A stretch of DNA of 64,000 nucleotides, taken from contig JAQGDQ010002396.1 of the NCBI GenBank assembly GCA_030141605.1, forward strand, positions 48,597 through 112,596. The letters are read 5' to 3'. Position numbers and translations under genes: made by a program. How positions within the stretch are numbered: the stretch's first letter is position 1; each line of letters starts with the position of its first letter. The stretch is from Tubiluchus corallicola (taxonomy: Eukaryota > Animalia > Priapulida). Under the pieces are notes generated by a model that searched no databases, was not told the DNA's origin, and saw only the letters and a list, made by a program, of their open reading frames with translations. Positions 8,313 to 19,090 of the stretch are shown here, piece by piece.

Positions 8313-10862
8313 ATGGAAAGCACAATCTATAGGGTTCAACGGCAAGTAGAGAGCAGGAAATTAGAAACTGTATGGTTACTTGCTAAAAGCTTTCCTAGTT
8401 GCCTTTCTTTTATGCAAACGGGAGCGCATCCTGATGACGAAGCCAGCCATCTCCTTGCCTACTTAGCCAGAAAACATGGTATGCGTGTTCTTTGGACATG
8501 TGCGACAAGAGGAAAAGGAGGGCAGAATGCTATAAGCGCTCACGCGGAAGGAGCGTTGGCTTTAATGCGCACACAGGAAATGGCGGAAGCCGCTCGGAAA
8601 ATACCGATGTCCGTTCATTGGATCAATGAAAATGAGCAGGATACAATCTGTGATTTTGGTTTTTCTGTCTCAAAAAAAGAGACAGAGGAAAAATGGAGTA
8701 AAGAAAAATTCCTGAAAAGACTTGTTACTATTATTCGGCGGGAAAAGCCGGATATTTTATGCCCGTCTTTTTTAGATGTTCCTGGTCAGCATGGGCATCA
8801 TCGAGCCGTGACGGAAGCGACAATTGAGGCTTTTGAGCTCGCGGCGTCTTCATCGTATAAGACGGGCGATCTGAAACCATGGTCTGTCGGAAAGCTTTAC
8901 GAACCTGCCTGGTCTGGAAAAGGGCAAACCTATGATGATGACACGCCTCCGCCTGAAGCGTCAACAACTCTTGACACACAAGAGTATGATCCTTTCGCGG
9001 GAGCAACCTACTGTCAGATAGGGGAGCAATCAAGATTCTTTCATAAAACGCAGGGAATGGGACAGTGGCTCGGGGAAAATCAAGAGGAGATTCCTTTCTT
9101 CGGGCAGAGAAAATTTTCTCTGCATCTTCTGAAGTCACGTGTAGATCATGGTATGGAAGATCATGAAGACACTATTGAGAAGGGATTCTCTGTAACCTTT
9201 CTGGATTGGGCTGAAAAACTGCCCAAGGACTTAAAAGAGCCTATGGAAACGCTCGGAAAAACCCTTGGCGGTTTTGCGTCATTATTTCCGCGCTTTGAGG
9301 AAATGACTGCTTGTGCGTTTGACTGTTTAGAGATGATTTCCTCTATACAGGTTATTTTGAAAAAAAAGGATTATATATCCTTTTTTGACTCTTTAAATCA
9401 CCGTCTATGTCATAAGGCGCGGCAGCTTAACGCGCTAATAGCGTTAACATCCAATATTGTCTCTCGGTTTGAAATTAGTGAATCTCCTTTAATCGCGCGT
9501 CAGAAAAACACGTTTGAAATCCATATTTTTAACGGAGGATCGTTCCCTGTTGGTCTATCGAAAATTCATATAGAGGCTCCATCAGGCTGGTTCGTTCATA
9601 TAGAGCCGTTTCATCACGACACGATTTTAAAAGAAAATGAAGCTCTATCCATACCTGGTTTTATTATTCCGAGTAAAAATGATGATCCTGCACTATTGTT
9701 TGATAAAGAGTTTGATCCTTTAAGGCGTTTTGATCGTGTGAAAGCAAGTGTGACTCTTCAATGGGGCAATCGAGAGTGGACACAGGATATTCACCCCGAG
9801 CGGAAACTCTATACTCTTCCTGAGGTTTATCTTAAAAATCAAACGCTGAAATTTTTATGTTCTCAAAAATCTACACAGGAGCGTATCGTTCTTTTTAATG
9901 CGTCAGAGCAGAAAAAAGACGGGGAAATAACGGTTGAGTTTACAGAGAAAGAAGCGCCGGAAGTTACGAGTGAAGCGATAACCCTTCAGCCGTTCACAGA
10001 GCAAGGCGCGGCTTTATCCGTACCTTTTGATACAAAATATCAAGATAAAATATATAATTTTCAGCTTTATTTTAATCACCATCCTCTTTACCTTTATGAG
10101 GAGATTGATCTCCCGCATATAGGTCAAAGTCTTCCCTATGTTAAGAAAGCAGAAGGAAAGCTTTTATCTTTAGGAGGAAAGCCTGTATGCCCGTTGCGCA
10201 TTGGATGGGTCAACAGTGGTAATGATACGGTCAATAGAGAGCTTAGGCAATTGGGATTTCAAGTAACGGAGCTGTCGGCTTCTTGCTTGCGCACAGTTTC
10301 TCTGCGGGCATTTGATACGATTCTTATTGGGATTTGTGCGCGTGCGAATCTAGGTGAGGTTTTTGATAGATTTATGGAAAATGTTTGCCAATGGGTTTAT
10401 GAGGGTGGGAATCTTGTCAGCTTGTATCAACGGGGGCAGGATGGACCGGATATGTCTTCATTATGGCCTGGCAAGCTTGTTTTTGGCGCGCCTTCCTTAC
10501 GATGGAGGGTGACGAATCCACAGGCTCCTATCGTTATGAAGCGGCAGGATCATCCTCTTTTCCGCTCGCACTACACAATAGAAGAAGAGGATTGGGATAA
10601 TTGGATTCATGAACGAGGCTTGTATTTTGTTGATGAGAGAGCGTCGGCTTATGAATCTTTATTGACAGTTCAGGATCCTATAGCGGATACTATTTTTGAT
10701 GGCGCGTTAGTTTCGGGTGTTTTTGGAAAAGGGCGCCATACGCACTGCGCGTTAAGTTTACATAGGCAGCTTAATCATATGGTTCCTGGTGCTGTGCGGC
10801 TTTTTGTTAATCTTATTTCGTCTCCGGAGGCTCAAAAAAAATACGCCGAAAATAAAGCTTGA
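8313..10862 (+). CDS. Long PIG-L/LmbE-family deacetylase/amidase
   Basis: GAHPDDE, TRGxGGQN and HGHH motifs; long C-terminal extension ending LHRQLNHMVPGAVRLFVNL. Confidence 0.85.
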   Translation: MESTIYRVQRQVESRKLETVWLLAKSFPSCLSFMQTGAHPDDEASHLLAYLARKHGMRVLWTCATRGKGGQNAISAHAEGALALMRTQEMAEAARKIPMSVHWINENEQDTICDFGFSVSKKETEEKWSKEKFLKRLVTIIRREKPDILCPSFLDVPGQHGHHRAVTEATIEAFELAASSSYKTGDLKPWSVGKLYEPAWSGKGQTYDDDTPPPEASTTLDTQEYDPFAGATYCQIGEQSRFFHKTQGMGQWLGENQEEIPFFGQRKFSLHLLKSRVDHGMEDHEDTIEKGFSVTFLDWAEKLPKDLKEPMETLGKTLGGFASLFPRFEEMTACAFDCLEMISSIQVILKKKDYISFFDSLNHRLCHKARQLNALIALTSNIVSRFEISESPLIARQKNTFEIHIFNGGSFPVGLSKIHIEAPSGWFVHIEPFHHDTILKENEALSIPGFIIPSKNDDPALLFDKEFDPLRRFDRVKASVTLQWGNREWTQDIHPERKLYTLPEVYLKNQTLKFLCSQKSTQERIVLFNASEQKKDGEITVEFTEKEAPEVTSEAITLQPFTEQGAALSVPFDTKYQDKIYNFQLYFNHHPLYLYEEIDLPHIGQSLPYVKKAEGKLLSLGGKPVCPLRIGWVNSGNDTVNRELRQLGFQVTELSASCLRTVSLRAFDTILIGICARANLGEVFDRFMENVCQWVYEGGNLVSLYQRGQDGPDMSSLWPGKLVFGAPSLRWRVTNPQAPIVMKRQDHPLFRSHYTIEEEDWDNWIHERGLYFVDERASAYESLLTVQDPIADTIFDGALVSGVFGKGRHTHCALSLHRQLNHMVPGAVRLFVNLISSPEAQKKYAENKA

Positions 10863-10877
10863 TAAAGGAAAATTTCT

Positions 10878-12134
10878 ATGAAAAAACAGATATATATGTT
10901 TCTTTTTATGATGGGTATTTTTATAATCACGGTAGGAAACGCTTTTGCTGAAAAAGTTGAAATTGAATATTGGCAATATTCATATAAAACACGTATGGAC
11001 GCTGTCAATAAGCTTATTAAACAATTTGAGCAGGATAATCCCACTATAAAAGTTAAGCATGTGACGATTCCTTACGCGAGTTATCGGACGAAAATCACCG
11101 CCGCTATTGGAAGTGGACAGGGGCCTGATCTTGTTCAGTTATATTATGGTTGGTTGGATGATTTTCTGAAAGCTGGGCTTTTGCAACCTTTATCAGAAGA
11201 TATTTTCGATTATCAAAATCTAGACGATGAATTTTTTGATATGGTTAATATTATGAAGAAAGAGGGGCGATATTATGCTCTTCCAACGGCTGTTCGCTCC
11301 TTGGCGCTTTTCTGGAACAAGGATATTTTCAAAGAAGTTGGGCTTGATCCCGAGCGCCCTCCAAAAACACTTGAGGAACTTCGGGAGTATGCTAAAAAGC
11401 TTGCGAAATATGATAAAAGGGGCAATATTATTCGCCTTGGCCTTTCCATTTCGATGATAGGTCAGGGGCATCATTGGTGGAGAGAGGTTCTTGTCCGACA
11501 ATTTGGTGGTATTCCTTATACGGACGATTACACGCGTGTTACCTATCAGGACAAAGGTGGAAAAGAGGCTATTGACTATTTATCTTATTTTTTACGGGAT
11601 GATTTAACGTCAAAAACGTCCTTTACAGCGGAAGAGGCCATTGGATTTACAAGTGGTCTTCAGGCTATGCAAATTGACGGCTCGTTTCGCTTGGGGACAT
11701 TTGACACCGCTAGGCGGTTAAATTATGGAGTGGCGGAACTTCCGGAGCATAACGGTATCAAGTCGACGTTTGCTTCTTATTGGGTGAATGGCGTGACAAC
11801 GAAGGCAAAGGGAGCCAAAGCGCAAGCCGCAATGAAATTTCTACGTTATCTAACCTCTGAAGAGGCAATGGCGACATGGATGGATGTTGTCGGAGAGCTT
11901 CCTGCGAGAAAATCAATAGCTCTGCAGGATAAATATCTCAATCATCCGAAGTATGGCCCTTTTATTAAGGGGCTTTCCTATGCGCATGCTACGGTTTTTG
12001 TGAACGAGACGGAGCAGCGGAAAATCACGAGTCAAATGCTGGATCGTGTTATTTTAGAAAATGTCTCTTCGGAAGAGACGGTTCAGCGGGCTGCGCAGGA
12101 AGAGCAAAGACTTATCGATAACGCGTTACAATAA
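10878..12134 (+). CDS. Carbohydrate ABC transporter substrate-binding protein
   Basis: Signal peptide; GPDLVQ, YYALP and PPKTLEEL motifs of SBP family 1. Confidence 0.92.
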   Translation: MKKQIYMFLFMMGIFIITVGNAFAEKVEIEYWQYSYKTRMDAVNKLIKQFEQDNPTIKVKHVTIPYASYRTKITAAIGSGQGPDLVQLYYGWLDDFLKAGLLQPLSEDIFDYQNLDDEFFDMVNIMKKEGRYYALPTAVRSLALFWNKDIFKEVGLDPERPPKTLEELREYAKKLAKYDKRGNIIRLGLSISMIGQGHHWWREVLVRQFGGIPYTDDYTRVTYQDKGGKEAIDYLSYFLRDDLTSKTSFTAEEAIGFTSGLQAMQIDGSFRLGTFDTARRLNYGVAELPEHNGIKSTFASYWVNGVTTKAKGAKAQAAMKFLRYLTSEEAMATWMDVVGELPARKSIALQDKYLNHPKYGPFIKGLSYAHATVFVNETEQRKITSQMLDRVILENVSSEETVQRAAQEEQRLIDNALQ

Positions 12135-12147
12135 AAGATAATAGCTG

Positions 12148-13044
12148 ATGAAACAATGGTATAATAATCTAACAATTTACCAACGGCGTGTTATTAAAGC
12201 GTGGTTATTTTTATCTGTTCCGCTTCTTTATTTTATTGGTGTCCGCTTTATACCCACGTTAAGCACATTTGCGCTTTCATTTATGGAATGGAGTGTGCTT
12301 GGGGAAAAAACATGGGTCGGGTTTGGTAATGTTCATCAAATGATTCAAGACCCTGTGTTTTTAAAAAGTTTTCAAAATACATTTGTTTATGTATTTATAG
12401 GGATTCCTATAAGCTTGCTGCTGTCTTTTTTAATTGCGTATGCGTTGGATAAAGTTATTTGGGGACATACATTTTTACGGTCGCTTTATTTTCTTCCTTT
12501 TATGACGACAGCGGCTGTTATCGGGTGGGTATGGCGCTGGATGTACCAGCCGCTTCCTACGGGTATTTTTAATAATATTCTGAGCGCGATTGGCTTTGAT
12601 CCTCAGCCTTTTCTTTTTTCCACAAGCCAATCTCTTTTAGCGATTTTAGCCGCGAGTGTCTGGCAAGGGCTTGGATTTAATATTATTATTTTTATTGCGG
12701 GTTTACGAGCGATTCCTTCTAGTTATTATGAGGCTGCCCGTATTGATGGTGCTGGCGAGGGGATGATTTTGGTGGATATTACGTTACCGCAGTTAAAGCC
12801 GACGATTATTTTTTTGACTATTATGTCTTCGATCGGATTTTTGCGAATATTTGATTTTATCTATAATATGACTCATGATGGCGAAGGGGGACCTTTGGAT
12901 TCATCGCGAACACTTGTTATCCATATTTATAAAACAGCCTTTGATAACTATCAAATGGGGTATGCCGCTCTTCAAACAGTTGTTCTTTTTCTGTTTATTC
13001 TTATCTTTACGATTCTACAGATGAAGTTGCTAAAGGCACGATAA
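12148..13044 (+). CDS. Carbohydrate ABC transporter permease
   Basis: EAARIDGA loop, multiple TM helices. Confidence 0.93.
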   Translation: MKQWYNNLTIYQRRVIKAWLFLSVPLLYFIGVRFIPTLSTFALSFMEWSVLGEKTWVGFGNVHQMIQDPVFLKSFQNTFVYVFIGIPISLLLSFLIAYALDKVIWGHTFLRSLYFLPFMTTAAVIGWVWRWMYQPLPTGIFNNILSAIGFDPQPFLFSTSQSLLAILAASVWQGLGFNIIIFIAGLRAIPSSYYEAARIDGAGEGMILVDITLPQLKPTIIFLTIMSSIGFLRIFDFIYNMTHDGEGGPLDSSRTLVIHIYKTAFDNYQMGYAALQTVVLFLFILIFTILQMKLLKAR

Positions 13045-13060
13045 AAAGGAAAGAAAACAG

Positions 13061-13909
13061 ATGGTAAAGCATAGCGAAACACTCACCTATAAAAAAAGAG
13101 CTTCACCTGGGAAAGTCATTCTTTGGACAATTTTGTTTCTTGGGGGCGTTCTTATGGTTACGCCTTTGATCTACATGTTTTCAGGTTCCTTTAAATATTC
13201 TTATGAACTTTATGGGCTGAATGTTATTCCTGAAGAGATAACATTAGAAAATTACGTCATTATTCTTCAGGACTCTTATTTTTTATCATGGTTTAAAAAC
13301 TCTTTGATAACATCGACAATTGTTACTTTGTCGGTTCTTTTTTTTGATAGTCTGGTAGGGTATGTGTTATGTAAGTTTCAGTTTAAAGGTCGTCGGATTG
13401 TTTTTCTTGCGATTTTATCGACATTGATGATTCCGACGGAAATGCTTGTTCTTCCTTGGTATAACATGGCTGTTATGTTTGGCTGGACAGATACTTATTG
13501 GGGAATTATGTTCCCTGGTCTTATTACGGGATTTGGTGTTTTTTTAATACGGCAATTTTTTCAGTCTGTTCCTGACGATTTTATTGAAGCCGCTCGTATT
13601 GATGGGCTGGGGGAGTTTCGAATCTGGTGGTCTATTGCTATGCCGATGATTACGCCGGCTCTTTCGGCTCTGGCTATTTTTACATTTTTAGGAAATTGGT
13701 CAGCTTTTTTATGGCCTTTAATTGTAACATCCGATATAGAGCTTTTTACAATTCCTGTTGGCATCGCCTCTATCAATGGAGAATTTCTGGCGCAATGGGA
13801 AGTCATGATGGCAGGGGCTGCGCTGGCGACGTTCCCAAGCTTGATTGTCTTTATTATTTTTCAAAAATATATTGTTCGGGGCGTGATGCTCTCTGGGTTA
13901 AAAGGATAG
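13061..13909 (+). CDS. Carbohydrate ABC transporter permease
   Basis: EAARIDG loop, WSAFLWPLIV motif. Confidence 0.93.
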   Translation: MVKHSETLTYKKRASPGKVILWTILFLGGVLMVTPLIYMFSGSFKYSYELYGLNVIPEEITLENYVIILQDSYFLSWFKNSLITSTIVTLSVLFFDSLVGYVLCKFQFKGRRIVFLAILSTLMIPTEMLVLPWYNMAVMFGWTDTYWGIMFPGLITGFGVFLIRQFFQSVPDDFIEAARIDGLGEFRIWWSIAMPMITPALSALAIFTFLGNWSAFLWPLIVTSDIELFTIPVGIASINGEFLAQWEVMMAGAALATFPSLIVFIIFQKYIVRGVMLSGLKG

Positions 13910-13913
13910 TATA

Positions 13914-15425
13914 ATGCCTACAGTAGAAAATGATCCTAAAAATCTCCACTCTTTTCCGGCGGAGTCCTTTAAATCTTATGTGTTGGCGCCTTTATTTGAT
14001 TTATCAAAAGGCAATTTTTTTAACTCTATGCGGGCTATTCACGAAGCGCATGCTCTTATGCTTCAAGAGCAGGAAATTCTCTCACGGAAAGAAGCCGCAC
14101 GTCTTTTGCGAGCTCTTGATGAAATCGCTCTTTCTGACACGATTACACAGCAAGTGTATACAGGGGAGCAAGAAGATTTTTTCTTTTTTATTGAGCATCT
14201 CATGGAGCAGAAGCTCGGCGGTGATCTCGCTGGAAAGCTTCATACAGGAAGAAGCCGTAACGATATTGATCAAACGCTTTTTCGGATGGAAATGATAAGC
14301 GCCTTATCGCCGTTTATTGAAGCGTTGTTCAATCTGATTGATCATATTCTTCAAAAGGCGCGTCAAAATACCCATACGCTTGTTCTTCTTCATACGCATG
14401 GGCAGCCGGCGCAGCCTTCGACTTATGCGCATTATTTACTTGCTGTAAGCGAGTGTCTTTTACGTCATATGAAAAAAATAAGTTATGCTTTTGACGATGT
14501 TGACTGTTGTCCAATGGGCGCTGCTGCGATTACTACAACGGGATTTCCTCTTCATCGTAAAAGGGTGGCGCAACTTCTTGGTTTTAGAGATATACAGGAA
14601 AATTCTTATGGGTGTATAGCCTCCTGTGATTGGGCGACGGGCGTTTATGCGGCACTTTCTATTTTATTTATTGATTTCAGCCGTTTTATTCAGACATTTA
14701 CTCATTGGACAAGCTTTGAGTTTGCGCAGTTGGATGTTCCTGACGGCCTTGTGCAAACCAGCTCGATTATGCCTCAGAAGCGCAATCCTGTTCTTTTAGA
14801 GCATATGAGATTACAGGCTTCCATGGCATTGGGGACTTGTCAAAAAACCATTCAGACAATGCATAATACATCTTTTACCGATATGAATGACAATGAGGCG
14901 GAAGTTCATTTTGAGGGGTATAAAACCTTTCTTTTAGGGGAAAGGCTTTCTAGGCTGATGGCGGATTTTATTGAAGGGTCTGAGATTAACGGGAAGCAAG
15001 TTCAGAAATGGATTGATAAAAGCTGTGCGACTATTACAGAGTTGGCTGATACGCTTGTTCGGGAGGAAAATATATCCTTTCGCCAAGCGCACCATGTCGC
15101 TTCTAAAGTCGCGCAGAGCGCGGTTCAAAATCATCATTCTCTTTCTCAATTTTCTCCGGATCATCTTTCAGCGATTTACCGGGAGATTCGGGGTATTTCT
15201 TTGAAATCATCGCCGGATAAGCTGATAAAGGCGCTGGATCCGGCTTATTTTGTTTCACGCAGAACATTGCCAGGAGGGCCGGCTCAATCTGCTGTTAACA
15301 GTGCGCTTTCTCAACAAAAGGAGCGGCTGGAAACCCTATATAAATGGCAAAAAGAATGGAAAGAACGCTATAAAGGCGCGAAAATATTACGACAGCAAGC
15401 AAAACAATCTCTCTATAAAGGTTAA
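13914..15425 (+). CDS. Argininosuccinate lyase-like protein (fumarase/ASL superfamily), probably a catabolic paralog
   Basis: LHTGRSRND, THGQPAQP and SSIMPQKRNP motifs; embedded in a sugar ABC operon. Confidence 0.85.
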   Translation: MPTVENDPKNLHSFPAESFKSYVLAPLFDLSKGNFFNSMRAIHEAHALMLQEQEILSRKEAARLLRALDEIALSDTITQQVYTGEQEDFFFFIEHLMEQKLGGDLAGKLHTGRSRNDIDQTLFRMEMISALSPFIEALFNLIDHILQKARQNTHTLVLLHTHGQPAQPSTYAHYLLAVSECLLRHMKKISYAFDDVDCCPMGAAAITTTGFPLHRKRVAQLLGFRDIQENSYGCIASCDWATGVYAALSILFIDFSRFIQTFTHWTSFEFAQLDVPDGLVQTSSIMPQKRNPVLLEHMRLQASMALGTCQKTIQTMHNTSFTDMNDNEAEVHFEGYKTFLLGERLSRLMADFIEGSEINGKQVQKWIDKSCATITELADTLVREENISFRQAHHVASKVAQSAVQNHHSLSQFSPDHLSAIYREIRGISLKSSPDKLIKALDPAYFVSRRTLPGGPAQSAVNSALSQQKERLETLYKWQKEWKERYKGAKILRQQAKQSLYKG

Positions 15426-15446
15426 CATTCATAAGGTAAAAGAGCT

Positions 15447-16583
15447 ATGGCATCTGTTTGTATAGAAAATGTTTATAAAAGCTATGACCATAAAAATATG
15501 GTGATTAATAATGTTTCTCTCGATATTAAAGATTCGGAATTTATTGTTTTTGTTGGTCCGTCTGGTTGTGGAAAGTCGACTATGCTGCGGATGATTGCGG
15601 GGCTTGAGGATATTTCCTCAGGAAATATAAGGATAGGAGACCGGATTGTTAATAATCTAGAGCCAAAAGATCGCAATATAGCGATGGTTTTTCAGAATTA
15701 TGCGCTTTATCCTCATATGTCTGTGGCTAAAAATATGGCTTTTGGTTTAAAGGCGGCAGGTGTTCCAAAAGAAGAGCGAATGAGAAAAGTTCGAGATGTT
15801 GCGGAAATGCTAGGATTGTCAGACTATTTGGATCGAACGCCAAGCCAATTATCAGGTGGGCAGCGGCAGCGTGTTGCTATGGGGAGGGCGATTGTAAGAA
15901 ATCCGGATGTTTTTCTGTTTGACGAGCCGCTTTCTAACTTGGACGCGAAATTAAGAACCCATGTTCGGCTTGAGATTCAGAAGCTTCACGAGGATATTCA
16001 GACGACGACAATTTATGTGACTCATGATCAAATAGAAGCCATGACTCTTGCGCATCGAGTTGTTATTTTTAATGAAGGTATTATTCAACAGGTGGGGACG
16101 CCTCAGGAGGTTTATTTAAACCCATCTAATTTATTTGTTGCGGGATTTATAGGCAATCCACCAATGAATTTTTTTCCAGCGACTATTCAAGCGTGTTCTG
16201 AAAATGCTTATAGCGCAAGTTTAGAGGGAGCCTCTTTTGATATTTCTCTTTCTCGGCAATGGGCGGACAGGGTTAACGATCAGCAAAAAGTTATTATAGG
16301 GCTTCGCCCTGAGGATATTCATATCCATAGCTGTAAAAAGGAAGATCTGGAAATCGCTGAAAATCAGCAGATTTTTTCCAGACCGGTCCTTTATGTGGAG
16401 TCGATGGGCTCAGAGGCGATGGTATGGGTTTCTCTGGATAAAGATAATCTGGATCCAGAGAAGCATAACGCGGCCTGTCGATATTTAGGTCGAGATTTTC
16501 TTCACACAGAAACAGAGGTTTCCGCTGTGATTAACCTGGACTATATTCATATTTTTGATCAGGAGAGTGGGTGCCGCCTATAA
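15447..16583 (+). CDS. MalK/UgpC-type ABC ATPase
   Basis: [17 protein letters not shown] and DEPLSNLD motifs. Confidence 0.95.
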   Translation: MASVCIENVYKSYDHKNMVINNVSLDIKDSEFIVFVGPSGCGKSTMLRMIAGLEDISSGNIRIGDRIVNNLEPKDRNIAMVFQNYALYPHMSVAKNMAFGLKAAGVPKEERMRKVRDVAEMLGLSDYLDRTPSQLSGGQRQRVAMGRAIVRNPDVFLFDEPLSNLDAKLRTHVRLEIQKLHEDIQTTTIYVTHDQIEAMTLAHRVVIFNEGIIQQVGTPQEVYLNPSNLFVAGFIGNPPMNFFPATIQACSENAYSASLEGASFDISLSRQWADRVNDQQKVIIGLRPEDIHIHSCKKEDLEIAENQQIFSRPVLYVESMGSEAMVWVSLDKDNLDPEKHNAACRYLGRDFLHTETEVSAVINLDYIHIFDQESGCRL

Positions 16584-16587
16584 CGTA

Positions 16588-16608
16588 CAATTAAGGAAAA
16601 CTTAATTG
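16588..16608. terminator. Hairpin between convergent genes
   Basis: CAATTAAG-gaaaa-CTTAATTG perfect 8-bp inverted repeat. Confidence 0.5.
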
Positions 16609-16618
16609 AAATCAGGAG

Positions 16619-16993
16619 CTATTCCTCAGCTCTAGGGTCAAAAAGGGTAATACGGTTACCCTCACTGTCTTTAACGATTGCCCGAGATCCGCACTTTGCG
16701 CTTTCTTTAGGAACTAAAACCTCACCGTTGCAAAGCTCTACCTGAACAATTGCCTCGTCAAGATAATCGGGGACACTCAAATAAATCAAAGGGCCATCAA
16801 GGCTGGGCTTATATTTGTTATTTACGCGAATGCAACCAGAAACACCTTCTGTATAATCAGAAAAGACAGCGACAGAACTTTCACCGACATCTTGGATGTC
16901 TATTTCTAAATTTAGTACTTTACTATAAAATTCTACAGCTCTTTCTAAGTTTGTTGCAGGAATATCCACCCATACAACTCTGTCTTTTGGCAT
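16619..16993 (-). CDS. VOC/glyoxalase family protein
   Basis: VVWVDIPATNLERAVEFYSKV and DSEGNRI motifs. Confidence 0.88.
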   Translation of the reverse strand: MPKDRVVWVDIPATNLERAVEFYSKVLNLEIDIQDVGESSVAVFSDYTEGVSGCIRVNNKYKPSLDGPLIYLSVPDYLDEAIVQVELCNGEVLVPKESAKCGSRAIVKDSEGNRITLFDPRAEE

Positions 16994-17234
16994 AGAAATC
17001 TCCTTAAATTTTATTAATATATTCTAATTTTAATATATGATGATAAAATAATATAAGTCAATGATTACTTAAAGTATGGTTTATATAATTTTATGGATAA
17101 CTATCAAAAATATTTTAAAAACGTCTGCTTATGCTAGATATTGTAATATAGAGCTTATTATAACTCTTATTATAGTTTTACAAAAGCTAATAAATCTTTC
17201 TATCTTTAAAAACATGAAAAAGGGAGGACATTTT

Positions 17235-18452
17235 ATGCTTAAAGGAAAAATTGTCGTTGCTCAGGGAGGAGGTCCGACCGCCGTTATTAATGAATCGATA
17301 GTTGGAGTCGTGATTGAGGCACGGAAAATTTCTTCTGTCGAGCGTGTTTACGGAGCACAGCATGGTATTCAAGGGATTATTGAAGAGGAATTTTTGGATT
17401 TAACGCAGGAAACGTCTCATAATCTTAATTTGGTTGGCAGCACGCCTTCGGCCGCGCTGGGTTCTACGAGAGATTATCCGGATTATGAATATTGTGAGAG
17501 GATTGTTTCTGTTTTTAAAGCGCATGGAATTTCAACGTTTTTTTATATTGGCGGGAATGATTCTTCTTCCACATTGCAGACAGTGAGTGAAGTCGCGCGG
17601 AAAGAAAACTATGATCTTTGCTGTATTCATATTCCAAAAACAATTGATAATGATCTGGTTCATAATGATCATACGCCGGGATTTCCTTCTGCGGCGCGGT
17701 ATGTTGCTAATGTATTTATGGGAATTAACCAGGATAATATTGCTCTTCCAACAATTTATCTTTCTGTTGTCATGGGGCGAAACAGCGGTTTTTTAACAGC
17801 CTCTTCAGCATTGGCGCGTAAATATCCGGATGATGGTCCTCATTTGATTTATGTTCCGGAAAAACCCTTCTGTAAAAAGCGTTTTGTTGAGGAGGTTACA
17901 GAAGTTTATAATCGTCTGGGACGATGTGTCATAGCGGTTTCAGAAGGAGTTCGCGATAAGGAGGGCGTTCTGCTGGCTGAAAGAGTGGCGAGAGAAGTCG
18001 ATAGAGATCCGCATGGAAATATTGTTATTTCCAATGCGACATCTTTGCTTTCTTATAATTTAGGGCGTTTTATTAAAGAGCATTTATCAGGAATTGGGAT
18101 TCGCGCGGATACAATCGGGCATCCTCAAAGAACGTATCCTGAGGCTATTTCTGATATTGACCGCAGAGAGGCGCGTGAGGTTGGTGAGAAAGCTGTGCAA
18201 TTCGCACACTGGCAAAATCGAAACGGCTCTATTTGTATAGAGCGAACGGGATTTTATTCTGTTGATTACTCATTGCGGCCATTGCTGGATATCGCTGGGA
18301 AAACACGGTATATGCCAGAGGAGTTTTTACACCCGGAGAAATCAGATGTTACAGAGAAATTTATTATGTATTTAAGGCCGCTGCTGGGGCGTAATATGAC
18401 GGAAATTTTCAGATTACGCCATGTGAAAGTGCCAAAGATTCTGAAAAAATAG
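17235..18452 (+). CDS. 6-phosphofructokinase, probably pyrophosphate-dependent
   Basis: QGGGPTAVIN, GGNDS, PKTIDND and MGRNSG motifs (Asp in GGND and Lys in PKTIDND are PPi-type residues); ATG 17235 follows GGAGG. Confidence 0.88.
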   Translation: MLKGKIVVAQGGGPTAVINESIVGVVIEARKISSVERVYGAQHGIQGIIEEEFLDLTQETSHNLNLVGSTPSAALGSTRDYPDYEYCERIVSVFKAHGISTFFYIGGNDSSSTLQTVSEVARKENYDLCCIHIPKTIDNDLVHNDHTPGFPSAARYVANVFMGINQDNIALPTIYLSVVMGRNSGFLTASSALARKYPDDGPHLIYVPEKPFCKKRFVEEVTEVYNRLGRCVIAVSEGVRDKEGVLLAERVAREVDRDPHGNIVISNATSLLSYNLGRFIKEHLSGIGIRADTIGHPQRTYPEAISDIDRREAREVGEKAVQFAHWQNRNGSICIERTGFYSVDYSLRPLLDIAGKTRYMPEEFLHPEKSDVTEKFIMYLRPLLGRNMTEIFRLRHVKVPKILKK

Positions 18453-18482
18453 TCAAAAAAACAGATATTTTTGTCCTCTAAA

Positions 18483-18506
18483 ACACCCTTGCTTAATAGA
18501 GGGTGT
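18483..18506 (+). terminator. Putative terminator hairpin after the PFK gene
   Basis: ACACCCT...AGGGTGT inverted repeat. Confidence 0.45.
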
Positions 18507-19090
18507 GTATCTTCTCTCTCACCTTCTAAAGCCTAAAGAAATATTTGGGAAGGGTTAAAGTGTCGATTTTTCCACTCATGATGCTAAGCGGGCGGATGAG
18601 TGTGGTATGGATCGCTCAAGAAATATAGTTAACACAGATTTCCCTTTCCAAAAAATCGGCAAGCCTGCGTTTCCTAGAGCGATCAGAGCGTATGATGTAA
18701 TACTTTGTTTATTGTTTGGGAGGTAACAATTTTCATTGAAAGAATTGTAAAAAGTTTTGCTGGCAGGCTCTGCTTTTTTTTTGATGGGGTTTTCTGAATC
18801 AGGTAACATATTTGTTATTAAAAAGTGAAATTAAAATATTGATTTTTGAATTTACCTATGATAGAAGTTAGAATGTGGGTTTGTTTCTTTGTTTTATAAA
18901 GTACTTTAAATACCTTTAAAAGATATGTAGAAAAATGACCGTCATTTTTCTAATTTTTTAGTTTTTATCCTTAGGCGTTATACTATTTAAGCGAGGATAA
19001 TATAGGACTTCTAAAAAACATGAAATTATAAAGATCGAGAGTAATATCGTTACTGTATTTTATTCAGGTTTTTTTAGTAGGAGGTCAAAA

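Noticed and set aside
15251-15266. parS-like TGTTTCACGCAGAACA
   Set aside because: Three mismatches, one half-site broken, and inside a coding sequence
17076-17234. 53-aa N-terminal extension of PFK in the ORF track
   Set aside because: AT-rich promoter-like DNA; RBS and homology both begin at ATG 17235
18576-18809. 77-aa minus-strand ORF in the intergenic gap
   Set aside because: No RBS or recognisable motif
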